In this document: piece after piece, positions 1-8,682 of the stretch
Position numbering within the stretch: position 1 is the first letter of the stretch
Layout of the letters: the number at the start of each line of letters is the position of its first letter
Assembly (NCBI GenBank): GCA_016935175.1
Contig: JAFGRK010000019.1
Location: 6,037-70,036, forward strand
Direction: 5' to 3'
Length of the DNA: 64,000 nt
Source of the DNA: Candidatus Woesearchaeota archaeon
Lineage (GTDB): Archaea > Nanobdellota > Nanobdellia > Woesearchaeales > SM23-78
Made by a program: the position numbers and the translations under genes
The notes under the pieces: model-generated
What the model was told of the DNA's origin: nothing
The model's input: the letters and a program-made list of their open reading frames with translations, nothing else
Databases searched by the model: none

Positions 1-201
1 CATTGTTATTTCCATAGCAAATAAGGGGTTTATTGCTGTTTTTAATTGTTTGCATGGAATGGGACTGAGCGACGAAGGTGCGAATGTCGCATATTTCCCT
101 AAAGGCTATCAAAAGCCACGGCTTTTGGAGCCTCAAAAGCCAAAGGCTTTTGTAGGCTTTCGCTAAAGGCTTGAGGCAAAAGCTTTTTAAACAACACGCC
201 A

Positions 202-951
202 GTGCTAGAAAGCAACATGCCAAGGAAGAAAGGAGCTAAGAAAAAGCAGGAAAAAAAGCAAGTGAAAGAGCCTCAGGCAGAGGCAGAGCTAAAGGAAAAG
301 CCTAAGCTAGAGGAATTCATAGAGCTTGAGGAGCTGAAAGAAGAAGTCAAGGAAGAGCAGAAAGAAAAAGAAGAGCTTCTAGTGCAAGATAAAAAAGAAG
401 AAGCCAAGGAAAAGGATTCTAAGAAGGCCGTAATCAATGCCATACTGGCAAGGGAGAGGGTGCTCACAGAAGCCACAGATGAAGCCAGGTCTTTGTACGA
501 CAAGAGCGCCTATGGACAGGTGCTTGATGACGGAAGAGTGCAGCTAGCCCTTCCAGAAGCGCTATACCTGCTTGAAAAAGGAAAAATACAATTGCTAGAG
601 GGCAAGAAAAAGAAGATTACAAAAGAAGAGTTCATTGCCAAGGCAAGAAAAGTAGAGCCTAACTTCTGGATAAGGTACTGCGTGTTCAAGGACATGAGGA
701 ACAGGGGCTACATCATCAAGACAGCGCTTAAGTTCGGGGCAGACTTCAGGGTTTATGACAGGGGAGTCAAGCCAGGGGAAGACCATGCAAGATGGATAAT
801 CTTCCCAGTACACGAAGGAGAGACTTTGACGTGGTACGAATTCGCAGCCAAGAACAGAGTAGCCCATAGCACCAAGAAAAGGCTTATGATGGGAATAGTT
901 GATGACGAAGGAGATGTCACTTACTACGAGATTAAGTGGATGAGACCCTGA
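202..951 (+). CDS. endA: tRNA-splicing endonuclease, short (alpha4-like) form with K/E-rich N-terminal tail
   Basis: The C-terminal half has the EndA catalytic-domain pattern (RNRGY, KFGADFRVY, HARWIIFPV, AHSTKK). The first ~75 aa are Lys/Glu low complexity. Confidence 0.85.
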   Translation: MLESNMPRKKGAKKKQEKKQVKEPQAEAELKEKPKLEEFIELEELKEEVKEEQKEKEELLVQDKKEEAKEKDSKKAVINAILARERVLTEATDEARSLYDKSAYGQVLDDGRVQLALPEALYLLEKGKIQLLEGKKKKITKEEFIAKARKVEPNFWIRYCVFKDMRNRGYIIKTALKFGADFRVYDRGVKPGEDHARWIIFPVHEGETLTWYEFAAKNRVAHSTKKRLMMGIVDDEGDVTYYEIKWMRP

Positions 952-959
952 TTTAGCTA

Positions 960-2000
960 TTGGCAAAGTATATAAATCAAGTTCTAGTTCTTATGAGCAA
1001 CAAAATGCAAATGATAAGCAAGGATGCTGTGCTAAGGATAGTGCAGCAGAAAGGCCCAGTAATCCCTAATGACATAAGAAAGGAAATGGGAGGGGAGAAC
1101 ATACTTATCTCTGCCATCTTGTCCGAGCTTTCTCAGGATGGTAAAGTAAAAATAAGCCATACTAAGATAGGAGGCACACCAGCCTATTACTCTCCAGGCA
1201 CAGAGATAAGATTGCAGAACCTGATGAAACACCTTAACCACAAGGACAAGGAGACAGCTGAGCTCCTGATGCAAAGGAAAGTGCTGAAAGACACTGACCT
1301 AACACCTCTGCTAAGAGTGAGCCTGAGGAACATCAGGGACTTTGCCAAGCCCCTAGAGGTCAATGTGAGAGGGATCAAGGAGATTTATTGGAAATGGTAC
1401 ATGCTGCCGACACCTGAGGCAGAGAAGCTAATAATGGGTTCTGTAAGGCCTGTAAGAAAGCCAGAGATTATTGTGCAGAAAAAGCCAGTTATTGTTGCGC
1501 CTGTGAAAGAAGAGCCAAAAAAAACCGAGCCTAGAATAATCGCAAAGCCAGAGCCCAGGATTGAAACCAAGAAAGAAGAGCCTAAAAAAATTGAGAAACC
1601 TGAAACAAAAAAAGAAGAAGCGAAGAAAGTTGAAAAAGCTGAGACGCAAAAAGCATTAGGATTAGAAGCTGATGATTTGGAAAAGGAAAAAGACCCTTAC
1701 TTCAAAAAAGTGCTGCAATACCTGAAGGAGAATGATATCCAGGTTATTGAGTACAAGATTCTTAGGAGAAATTCAGAGATAGAGATGATGCTGATAGTCC
1801 CATCAAGAATAGGGAGCCAGGAATACTATTGCAAGGCCAAGAACAAGAAAAAAGTCAATGATGGCGAGCTGAGCAGCACCTATGTGCAGAGCCAGGCAAA
1901 AAGGCTTCCAGTCATCTTCATAACCACGGGTGAGCTTACCAAGAAAGCTAGGGAGATGCTTGCCAAGGACTTCAAGGGAATGATTGTCAAGAGGATATGA
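960..2000 (+). CDS. Hypothetical protein: N-terminal winged-helix-like domains, K/E/P-rich linker, C-terminal Mrr-cat-like (PD-(D/E)xK) domain
   Basis: The ORF has coding-like composition. The C-terminus (SEIEMMLIV..YYCKAKNKKKV..VIFITTGELTKKA) resembles restriction-endonuclease-like Mrr catalytic domains. The linker has repeated EPKK/KPE motifs. The start is uncertain: TTG at 960, with ATGs shortly downstream. Confidence 0.5.
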   Translation: MAKYINQVLVLMSNKMQMISKDAVLRIVQQKGPVIPNDIRKEMGGENILISAILSELSQDGKVKISHTKIGGTPAYYSPGTEIRLQNLMKHLNHKDKETAELLMQRKVLKDTDLTPLLRVSLRNIRDFAKPLEVNVRGIKEIYWKWYMLPTPEAEKLIMGSVRPVRKPEIIVQKKPVIVAPVKEEPKKTEPRIIAKPEPRIETKKEEPKKIEKPETKKEEAKKVEKAETQKALGLEADDLEKEKDPYFKKVLQYLKENDIQVIEYKILRRNSEIEMMLIVPSRIGSQEYYCKAKNKKKVNDGELSSTYVQSQAKRLPVIFITTGELTKKAREMLAKDFKGMIVKRI

Positions 2001-2020
2001 GAAATCAAGATTATGATTCC

Positions 2021-2131
2021 GTTAAAATAAGCCCTACTCAGATTTGCTCGCAAGCTCGCTCATCTTCGCCGCGCCGTGCAAGTTTACGTTGTAAACATTG
2101 CACCAGAAGGCAGCGACGGGCTTATTTTAAC
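2021..2131 (+). ncRNA. Candidate structured RNA, copy 1 of a two-member family (see 19744..19893)
   Basis: A perfect 14-bp closing stem pairs GTTAAAATAAGCCC (2021-2034) with GGGCTTATTTTAAC (2118-2131). The interior is GC-rich with nested helices, and both architecture and sequence blocks are shared with 19744..19893. Confidence 0.4.
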
Positions 2132-2145
2132 CAAAGGAGAAAAAA

Positions 2146-2685
2146 ATGCCACTGCCACTTTCCCACTGGAAAAAGCTTTACCAGCAGTATAAGCACCAGG
2201 CTCTTTGCATTGATGTGGAAGCAACCTATTGGAACGGCCCTATTTCTGTAATTGGGGCTTACAGGCCAAAAGATGGGGAGATAGACTACACTGCATATGT
2301 AAGAGGGGAGAGTCTGACGAGAGAGAATCTTATGCAAGCCTTTTCTAAATGCAAGCTACTTATAACATTCAATGGCATGAAGTATGATGTGCCTGAAATT
2401 GAAAAACAGTTTCCAAGGGTACTGCCAAAAAACATTCCTGTGATTGACCTTTACCTGATTGCAAAGCAGCTCAACCTTGACACTGGACTTATGGTACTAG
2501 AAAACACTTTCAAGATTCTCAGAAAAAAGGAAGTCGAGGGCAAAAAGCATATCTCCACCAAGATGTGGAAAAAATACGAGCAGAAAAAAGACAAGAGAGC
2601 TCTTAATACATTGATAGAGCACAACCGCCAGGACACAATAAACCTTTACCCGCTGGCTGAGAAATTGATGGGGATGATAAAATAG
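2146..2685 (+). CDS. RNase H-fold DEDDh 3'-5' exonuclease (YprB-like)
   Basis: Exo motifs are present: CIDVE (ExoI), ITFNGMKYDVPEI (ExoII) and HNRQDTINLY (ExoIII, H-type). An SD-like AGGAG lies 7 nt upstream of the ATG. Confidence 0.7.
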   Translation: MPLPLSHWKKLYQQYKHQALCIDVEATYWNGPISVIGAYRPKDGEIDYTAYVRGESLTRENLMQAFSKCKLLITFNGMKYDVPEIEKQFPRVLPKNIPVIDLYLIAKQLNLDTGLMVLENTFKILRKKEVEGKKHISTKMWKKYEQKKDKRALNTLIEHNRQDTINLYPLAEKLMGMIK

Positions 2686-2725
2686 AAAAAGAAAGCTATA
2701 ATACTAAAAATTCGGGGATGATAAA

Positions 2726-3784
2726 ATGGGCCTTGCAATAACAGAAATCCTTAACCCGAATGAAATAAGCATTGAGGACTTGAGGAACAAGACTCTTGCT
2801 GTGGATACTTATAATCTTCTTTACCAGTTCCTTAGCAGCATTAGGCAAGCAGACGGTAGCCTTCTTATGGATAGCAAAGGCAGAGTCACAAGCCACCTCA
2901 CAGGATTGTTTCACAGGATTACCAGGCTCATGGGCTATAACATGAAGTTCATCTTCTGCTTTGACGGCAAAGTGCCAGAGCTAAAGGGAAAAGAGCGTGA
3001 GCGCCGAAAGGAGCTTAAGGTTGAGGCGCAAAAAAAATATGATGAAGCTGCAAAAGAAGAGGATGTTGAGAACATGAAGAAATTTGCAGCAAGGACCAGC
3101 AGGCTCACCTCTGAGATGGTAGAAGATGCAAAAGAGCTGATAAAAGCCCTTGGGCAATGCATTGTTGAGGCTCCTAGCGAAGGAGAAGCACAGGCATCTT
3201 ATATTGTGAAGAAAGGCGATGCAGATTATGTTCTTTCCCAGGATGCTGACTGCTTCATGTTCGGGGCACCAAGGCTTGTCAAGAACCTCACCATTAGTGG
3301 CAAGAGAAAAAAGCCAGGAGCTTATGCTTATGACGAAGTAATGCCTGAAATTATTGCCCTTAGGGATGTGCTAAAAGAATTGGAGCTTGACCAGGACCAA
3401 TTGATAGTGCTAGGCATTCTTGTAGGCACTGACTACAATGTCGGCGGTATCAAGGGCATTGGGCCAAAAAAAGCCTTGGCACTGATAAAAAAGCACAGCA
3501 AAGATAGCAATAATGGCAAGGACAGCCAAGGCTTTGATGAGATTTTCAAGGAAGCTAAATGGGATGAAAGCTTTGATTATTCCTGGAAAGAGGTTTTTGA
3601 CACCATCAAGCACATGCAAGTCACAGACCATTACACTCTTGAATGGAAGCCTATTGACAAGGAACAGGTAATCAAGGTGCTGGTTGAAGAGCATGATTTT
3701 AGCAGGGAAAGGGTTGAGAATGCTCTTGCCAAGCTTGAGCAGAACACGTCAAAGCAGCAAAAAGGCCTTGGTGAGTTCTTCTGA
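2726..3784 (+). CDS. fen: Flap endonuclease 1
   Basis: It aligns over the full length to the archaeal FEN-1 pattern: N-domain LAVDTYNLLYQFL, I-domain VEAPSEGEAQASY, H3TH GTDYN..GIKGIGPKKA. Confidence 0.95.
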   Translation: MGLAITEILNPNEISIEDLRNKTLAVDTYNLLYQFLSSIRQADGSLLMDSKGRVTSHLTGLFHRITRLMGYNMKFIFCFDGKVPELKGKERERRKELKVEAQKKYDEAAKEEDVENMKKFAARTSRLTSEMVEDAKELIKALGQCIVEAPSEGEAQASYIVKKGDADYVLSQDADCFMFGAPRLVKNLTISGKRKKPGAYAYDEVMPEIIALRDVLKELELDQDQLIVLGILVGTDYNVGGIKGIGPKKALALIKKHSKDSNNGKDSQGFDEIFKEAKWDESFDYSWKEVFDTIKHMQVTDHYTLEWKPIDKEQVIKVLVEEHDFSRERVENALAKLEQNTSKQQKGLGEFF

Positions 3785-3799
3785 AAGCATCGGCTATAA

Positions 3800-4108
3800 T
3801 TAACTCACTTCCTCGAGTATTAGTTTTTTCTTGAATTTCCCCCGCTCCTTTGCTTTCTTGTTCCTTCTTATTTCCAAATCATTCTTATTAATCTTTTTAA
3901 AGTCAATTATTGCATATATGACCTCTAAAATATCAGCCAGCTCTTCATCTGTAGCGCATTTCATGAACTCTTCAACTTCTTCCCCTAATTTCTCTTTTAG
4001 CTTTTGCCAGTATTCTTGATTATTAGCAACATGAAATTTGTATTTCAATCCTTTTCTCCTAAGGATAATCGGTATCTTATCCCTAACGAGCTTGTTGTAT
4101 TCCATCAA
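3800..4108 (-). CDS. MazG-like nucleotide pyrophosphohydrolase (small, all-alpha)
   Basis: The N-terminal YNKLVRDKIP and EE..E / E..D helical pattern are typical of the small MazG/PRA-PH-like family. Confidence 0.7.
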   Translation of the reverse strand: MMEYNKLVRDKIPIILRRKGLKYKFHVANNQEYWQKLKEKLGEEVEEFMKCATDEELADILEVIYAIIDFKKINKNDLEIRRNKKAKERGKFKKKLILEEVS

Positions 4109-4189
4109 TAAATGTAAACTCTTTAAATTTATATATTTATTTGGTTGGAAAGGGAAACGTTTAAAAAAACCAGAGTTAAAGTGCTTATC

Positions 4190-5350
4190 ATGTCAAAAAA
4201 GAGGTTGTTCCAGGCAATAGCCACCTTAGTTGGCTGCATGATAGGAGCAGGCATCCTAGGCATACCCTATGTGGTAGCTCGGGCTGGGTTTATCACAGGG
4301 CTAATCAACATAATAGTCTTAGGCATCATCTTTACCTTCATCCACCTATACCTGGGGGAGATAGCCCTTAGGACTAAAGGCAACCACCAATTGACAGGCT
4401 ATGCTGAGAAATACGCAGGGAAAACAGGCAAGTATTTCATGTTCATAAGCATGATAATAGGCATATACGGGGCATTAATAGCCTACATCCTTGGGAGCGG
4501 TGAAGCCTTGGCAAGCATTACTGGGCTGCAGCCAATGCTGTGCAGCTTCATCTTCTTCGGAATAATCTCGTGGCTCATATATATAGGGCTTGATGCTATT
4601 GAGAATTCAGAAGCCTTTGCCATGCCGCTGGTATTAATAATAGTCCTTCTAATATTCATACTCTCAATCGGAAGGGTAGAGGGCGCTAACCTTTCAGGTT
4701 TCAGCTTCTCAAAAATGCTAGTCCCATACGGGGTTGTACTTTTTGCCTTCATAGGCTGCTCTGCAATCCCTGAAGTCAAGGAAGAGCTTGAGAAGCAGAA
4801 AAAAGACATGAAAAAAGCAATAATAATAGGAAGCATAATCCCTGTAGTTGTATATGCCTTGTTTGCATTGGCAATCGTGGGAGTGCTAGGCACTGAAACC
4901 CATGCAATAGGCGCATTAGGGCTAGCAGCCATCCTTGGGGAGAAAATGGCTTTCATAGGCTCTTTGCTTGCTGTTCTTACCATGAGCACATCATTCCTTG
5001 CGCTAGGATTAGCCTTGAAAGAGCTTTTCATGTACGACTACAACATCAGGAAGAACACCTCCTGGCTATTGGCATGCTTCATCCCTTTCATTCTTTTCCT
5101 GCTGCTGCAGCTGCCCGCGCTCAAGGAAAACGCTACCTTCACCTTGGTGCTTGAGGTCACAGGCATTGTTACAGGGGCCATTACAGGCATACTAATAGTG
5201 CTCATGGTCATGAATGCGAAAAAGAAAGGTGAGAGAAAGCCAGAATACAGCATCTACATCAATAAGTTCATTGCTTTCCTATTGGTGATAGTTTTCATAA
5301 TCGGGGCCTTGAACCTGCTATTGAAAATAACCGGGATGAAATTATGGTAG
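4190..5350 (+). CDS. Amino acid permease (Aa_trans / Trp-Tyr permease-like)
   Basis: It is a polytopic membrane protein with the GAGILGIPYVVARAGF N-terminal motif. ATG 4190 is preferred over the upstream TTG at 4145 because the TATA lies at ~4126-4136. Confidence 0.75.
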   Translation: MSKKRLFQAIATLVGCMIGAGILGIPYVVARAGFITGLINIIVLGIIFTFIHLYLGEIALRTKGNHQLTGYAEKYAGKTGKYFMFISMIIGIYGALIAYILGSGEALASITGLQPMLCSFIFFGIISWLIYIGLDAIENSEAFAMPLVLIIVLLIFILSIGRVEGANLSGFSFSKMLVPYGVVLFAFIGCSAIPEVKEELEKQKKDMKKAIIIGSIIPVVVYALFALAIVGVLGTETHAIGALGLAAILGEKMAFIGSLLAVLTMSTSFLALGLALKELFMYDYNIRKNTSWLLACFIPFILFLLLQLPALKENATFTLVLEVTGIVTGAITGILIVLMVMNAKKKGERKPEYSIYINKFIAFLLVIVFIIGALNLLLKITGMKLW

Positions 5351-6243
5351 CTTCATGGATAATCCTGGCTCTTATATCAGCGTTGCTAGTAAGCTCTTCC
5401 AGCATCCTGGAGAAGAGGACTCTTCTTCACCAGCACGCCATGGAATTCATAACAGTGCTGTCAATATGCACAGCCATCTTCACCATGCCTCTTTTCTTCA
5501 TGTCTGACACTTCATCAATAAGCCTTAATGCCATTGCTATGACTTTTATAGCTTCATTCATAGGCTCACTAGCAGCATTGCTGACTGCCAAGGCTGTAAG
5601 GCATATAGCCATCTCGCTCTCAAGCCCTTTGCTCGCATTTACTCCTCTTGCAACCCTGATAATAGCAGTTATTTTCTTAGGTGAAAAAGTTACTGGAATA
5701 CAAGTTACAGGCATATTAGTGCTCATGGCAGGAGCTTATTTTCTGCAAAGCCACGCCCATGATAATGTATTGGAGCCATTAAAGCAATTATTCAAGTCAA
5801 AGCACATCCGCTACATGCTCCTGGCAGTAATGTTCTACGGCATAAGCAGCGTGCTTGACAAAAAAATACTAGGGGCAGAAGCAGATGGGGGGCTTGGGGT
5901 GCCAGCCCTGGCCTACTTGCCATTAAACCAGTTCTTCCAAGCAATCATACTTGTGGTGATGATGCTCATATTCCATGATGGCTTCAAGGGGGTAGAGCAA
6001 GGTATAAGGAGCGGGTGGAAGCCTATATTATTGATTGGGTTTCTGCTAGTTTGGGCCAGGCTTAGCTATACTTTTGCACTTTCCCTTCCAGGGGTTCTGG
6101 TAAGCCTTTTCATACCAATAAAAAGGCTTGGGATCATATTCACGACTTTCTTTGGGGGCAGAATATTCCATGAGAAGGAAGTCATCAGGAGAAGCCTTGC
6201 GTGCGTTGTGATGCTAATAGGGGCAGTGCTCATCCTATTCTAG
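5344..6243 (+). CDS. EamA/DMT-family transporter
   Basis: It has roughly ten hydrophobic helices in two similar halves. It overlaps the upstream permease by 7 nt. Confidence 0.7.
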   Translation: MVASWIILALISALLVSSSSILEKRTLLHQHAMEFITVLSICTAIFTMPLFFMSDTSSISLNAIAMTFIASFIGSLAALLTAKAVRHIAISLSSPLLAFTPLATLIIAVIFLGEKVTGIQVTGILVLMAGAYFLQSHAHDNVLEPLKQLFKSKHIRYMLLAVMFYGISSVLDKKILGAEADGGLGVPALAYLPLNQFFQAIILVVMMLIFHDGFKGVEQGIRSGWKPILLIGFLLVWARLSYTFALSLPGVLVSLFIPIKRLGIIFTTFFGGRIFHEKEVIRRSLACVVMLIGAVLILF

Positions 6244-6303
6244 GAAACACCTTGCCTGAGAAACCATAAAAATTTAAAAGCAGCCATTGATTCTGGTAGT
6301 GCT

Positions 6304-7311
6304 ATGCTATGCATCAAAGTGCCTCTTAAGCAGGCAGAAAAAATAAAAAAGGAGCTGATAAGGAATGGTCTTCTTGACAAGGAGCACATGATCGCCAGAG
6401 ACAGTCAATTCATCTATTTCCCGATAAAGAAAAAATTCCCCACAGAGCATAAGATAGTCTTCAAGATGGTAGGAAAGCGCAAATTGCAGTCTGACCTCAA
6501 AAAAGTCCTAGAATCAAAGCTAAAGCCCGAGGAGCTTGAGCTGCTAAAAAGGTCAATGGATGTCATAGGAAGCATCGCCATCATTGAAATACCCACTCTG
6601 CTCGAGAAGAAAGAAAAGCTCATAGCAGAGGAAGTATTAAAAAACAACAGGAACATCAAGACTGTTCTGAAAAAAGGTAGGCACGAAGGAGTTTTCAGGA
6701 CCCAGAAGCTAGAATACCTGGCAGGGGAAAAGACCAAGGAAGCTGTGTGCAAGGAAAACAATGTAGTGATCAAGCTTGATGTTGAGAAAGTATATTTCTC
6801 CCAAAGGCTAAGCCATGAAAGAGGAAGGATTGCAAGCTTGGTAAAAAAGCCAGAGGAAGTTATTGTTATGTTCTCAGGATGCGGGCCTTACACTTGCGCC
6901 ATTGCCAAGAACACGCCTGCCAAATATGTGACTGGGGTGGAGATAAACCCTGAAGGACATAGGTATGAGCTGCAGAACATACTTCTCAACAAGCTAAGCA
7001 GCAAAGCCAAGGCATGCCTTGGAGATGTGAAAGATATAATGCCCAAGCTAGAGAAGAAATATGACAGGATAATCATGCCACTGCCCAAGTCAGCAGCAGA
7101 CTACCTTGATGTTGCTCTCAAATATGCAAACAAAAATGCCATCATACACTTTTATGACTTCCAGAAAGAAGGAGATTTTGAAAAGAGCATTGAGAAGATA
7201 AAAAAGGCATGCAAGACTGCAAAGAGGAAATGCAAGATTCTGGGAATAGTCAAGTGTGGCCAGTCCTCACCAAGAGAGTTCAGGATTTGCGTGGACTTTG
7301 AAGTCATTTAG
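6304..7311 (+). CDS. trm5: tRNA (guanine37-N1)-methyltransferase Trm5/Taw22 family (Met-10+ like)
   Basis: It has a class I SAM-MTase core (VMFSGCGPYTCAIAK, GVEINP), an NLP-type pocket (IIMPLPKSA) and the Trm5 N-terminal domains. Confidence 0.8.
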   Translation: MLCIKVPLKQAEKIKKELIRNGLLDKEHMIARDSQFIYFPIKKKFPTEHKIVFKMVGKRKLQSDLKKVLESKLKPEELELLKRSMDVIGSIAIIEIPTLLEKKEKLIAEEVLKNNRNIKTVLKKGRHEGVFRTQKLEYLAGEKTKEAVCKENNVVIKLDVEKVYFSQRLSHERGRIASLVKKPEEVIVMFSGCGPYTCAIAKNTPAKYVTGVEINPEGHRYELQNILLNKLSSKAKACLGDVKDIMPKLEKKYDRIIMPLPKSAADYLDVALKYANKNAIIHFYDFQKEGDFEKSIEKIKKACKTAKRKCKILGIVKCGQSSPREFRICVDFEVI

Positions 7312-7442
7312 ATTCTAAAATAATGCGCGCTCAGAAGTTACTTACTTCTGTCATTGCTTTCGCTCCAAGGGTGTTCACTTCATTCATTGCGCGCAAATAA
7401 ATAATAATCTGGCTTAATTTATAAATTTTTAGAAGAAAAAAA

Positions 7443-8579
7443 CTATCCGAACATCTGCGTAAACTCATCACTGCCTTCTTCTTCATTCTTTACTTTGTCT
7501 ATGGCGCAGAGGAAGTCGTGCTGTGTCACCTTGGTCCTGTTCTTCCTTATGGCAAAGTAGCCTGCTTCTGTGCACACAGCCCTGACTTCTGCCCCTGAAA
7601 AGCCTTTCATCTTCTTGAGCAGCGCATCAATCTTGATTTTCCTGTCAAGGGTCATCTCCTCAGTGTGTATCTTGAATATCTCCTTTAACCCTTTATCGTC
7701 AGGCAAGGGCACTTCTATCAGCCTGTCTAGCCTGCCAGGCCTTATCACTGCAGGGTCTAGTATGTCAAGCCTGTTAGTGCATCCGATTATCTTCACATTG
7801 GCAAGGGGCTTGAAGCCATCTATCTCTGCCAAGAACTGCATGAAAGTCCTTTGCACCTCTCGCTCGCCACTCGTACCCAGGTCAACCCTTTTGGCTGCCA
7901 AGGCATCAAGCTCATCAATGAATACTATGCTAGGGGCTTTTTCCCTTGCCAGCTGGAATATCTCTTTTACCAGCTTAGCTCCTTCACCTATGAATTTCTG
8001 CACTAATTCAGAGCCAACAATCTCTATGAAGGTGCTATTGGTGGAATTGGCAACTGCTTTTGCAAGCAAGGTCTTGCCTGTTCCTGGCGAGCCATGCAGC
8101 AGTATTCCTTTTGGCGGCTGTATGCCTACTTTCTTGAAGATCTCAGGATTATTTAGCGGAAGCTCTATCACTTCCTTTATCTCTTGCATCTGGGCATCCA
8201 ATCCCCCTATCTCTGACCAGCTAACATTAGGCTTTTCCATTATCACAAACCTTTCGACATTGAAATATTTGGAAGAAGCAACTTTCTCAATCACAGTCAA
8301 ATTTTTCTGCTCAACCAATACTGTTTCTCCAGGAACAAGGTTTTTTGCGCCATTAGAGACCTGGACTAGGAACTTGTTGCCGTTAGGCAAGGCTATGACT
8401 GCTCCCTTATCAATCATATCGACGACATCTGCAAGCATCAGGGCTGGGCTCCTGAACCTTTCAAGCTCTTCCCTTAGCTGTGAAAGCGTCTCGCGAAGGA
8501 GCCTGTTCTCTTCCTCTAATTCGTTGGAAGAAGTGGTATAGTAGAAAACAGAACGCTTTATCTCCTCTTTGGTTTGCAT
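7443..8579 (-). CDS. pan: Proteasome-activating nucleotidase (AAA ATPase)
   Basis: It has an N-terminal coiled coil, an OB domain, Walker A GSPGTGKTLLAKAVA, Walker B VFIDELD and an SRH. A TATA (gtttataaacc) lies ~30 nt upstream. Confidence 0.9.
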   Translation of the reverse strand: MQTKEEIKRSVFYYTTSSNELEEENRLLRETLSQLREELERFRSPALMLADVVDMIDKGAVIALPNGNKFLVQVSNGAKNLVPGETVLVEQKNLTVIEKVASSKYFNVERFVIMEKPNVSWSEIGGLDAQMQEIKEVIELPLNNPEIFKKVGIQPPKGILLHGSPGTGKTLLAKAVANSTNSTFIEIVGSELVQKFIGEGAKLVKEIFQLAREKAPSIVFIDELDALAAKRVDLGTSGEREVQRTFMQFLAEIDGFKPLANVKIIGCTNRLDILDPAVIRPGRLDRLIEVPLPDDKGLKEIFKIHTEEMTLDRKIKIDALLKKMKGFSGAEVRAVCTEAGYFAIRKNRTKVTQHDFLCAIDKVKNEEEGSDEFTQMFG

Positions 8580-8682
8580 AAAAAATCCGAAATCAAGTTT
8601 GGTTTATAAACCTTACCATTAAAAATTTTACACCTGAAGTGGTGACAAAAAGTTTTTAAATGCAAATATCATACTGGCTCTT

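Noticed and set aside
2021-2131. MITE / transposon remnant interpretation of the two inverted-repeat-bounded elements (with 19744-19893)
   Set aside because: The terminal inverted repeats have different sequences in the two copies while pairing is preserved. Internal helices show compensatory changes, and no target-site duplication is evident. This pattern fits RNA structure better than a mobile-element TIR.
1997-2251. 84-aa + ORF
   Set aside because: It runs through the GC-rich structured element at 2021-2131 and into the exonuclease gene in another frame. It is Arg/Ser/Cys-rich and has no SD or TATA.
7324-7395. 72-nt element closed by a 7-bp stem (TGCGCGC…GCGCGCA) as a possible tRNA
   Set aside because: The length and closing stem are tRNA-like. 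However, no D-loop GG, T-loop TTC or anticodon arm can be drawn on either strand. It contains one clean hairpin (CAGAAGT-TACTT-ACTTCTG). It is more likely a bidirectional terminator structure between the convergent trm5 and pan genes.
7570-8541. 323-aa ORF on the + strand
   Set aside because: It lies exactly antisense to the well-supported PAN gene. The product is Ser/Leu/Phe-rich low complexity, typical of the mirror frame of a K/E-rich gene. It has no start context.
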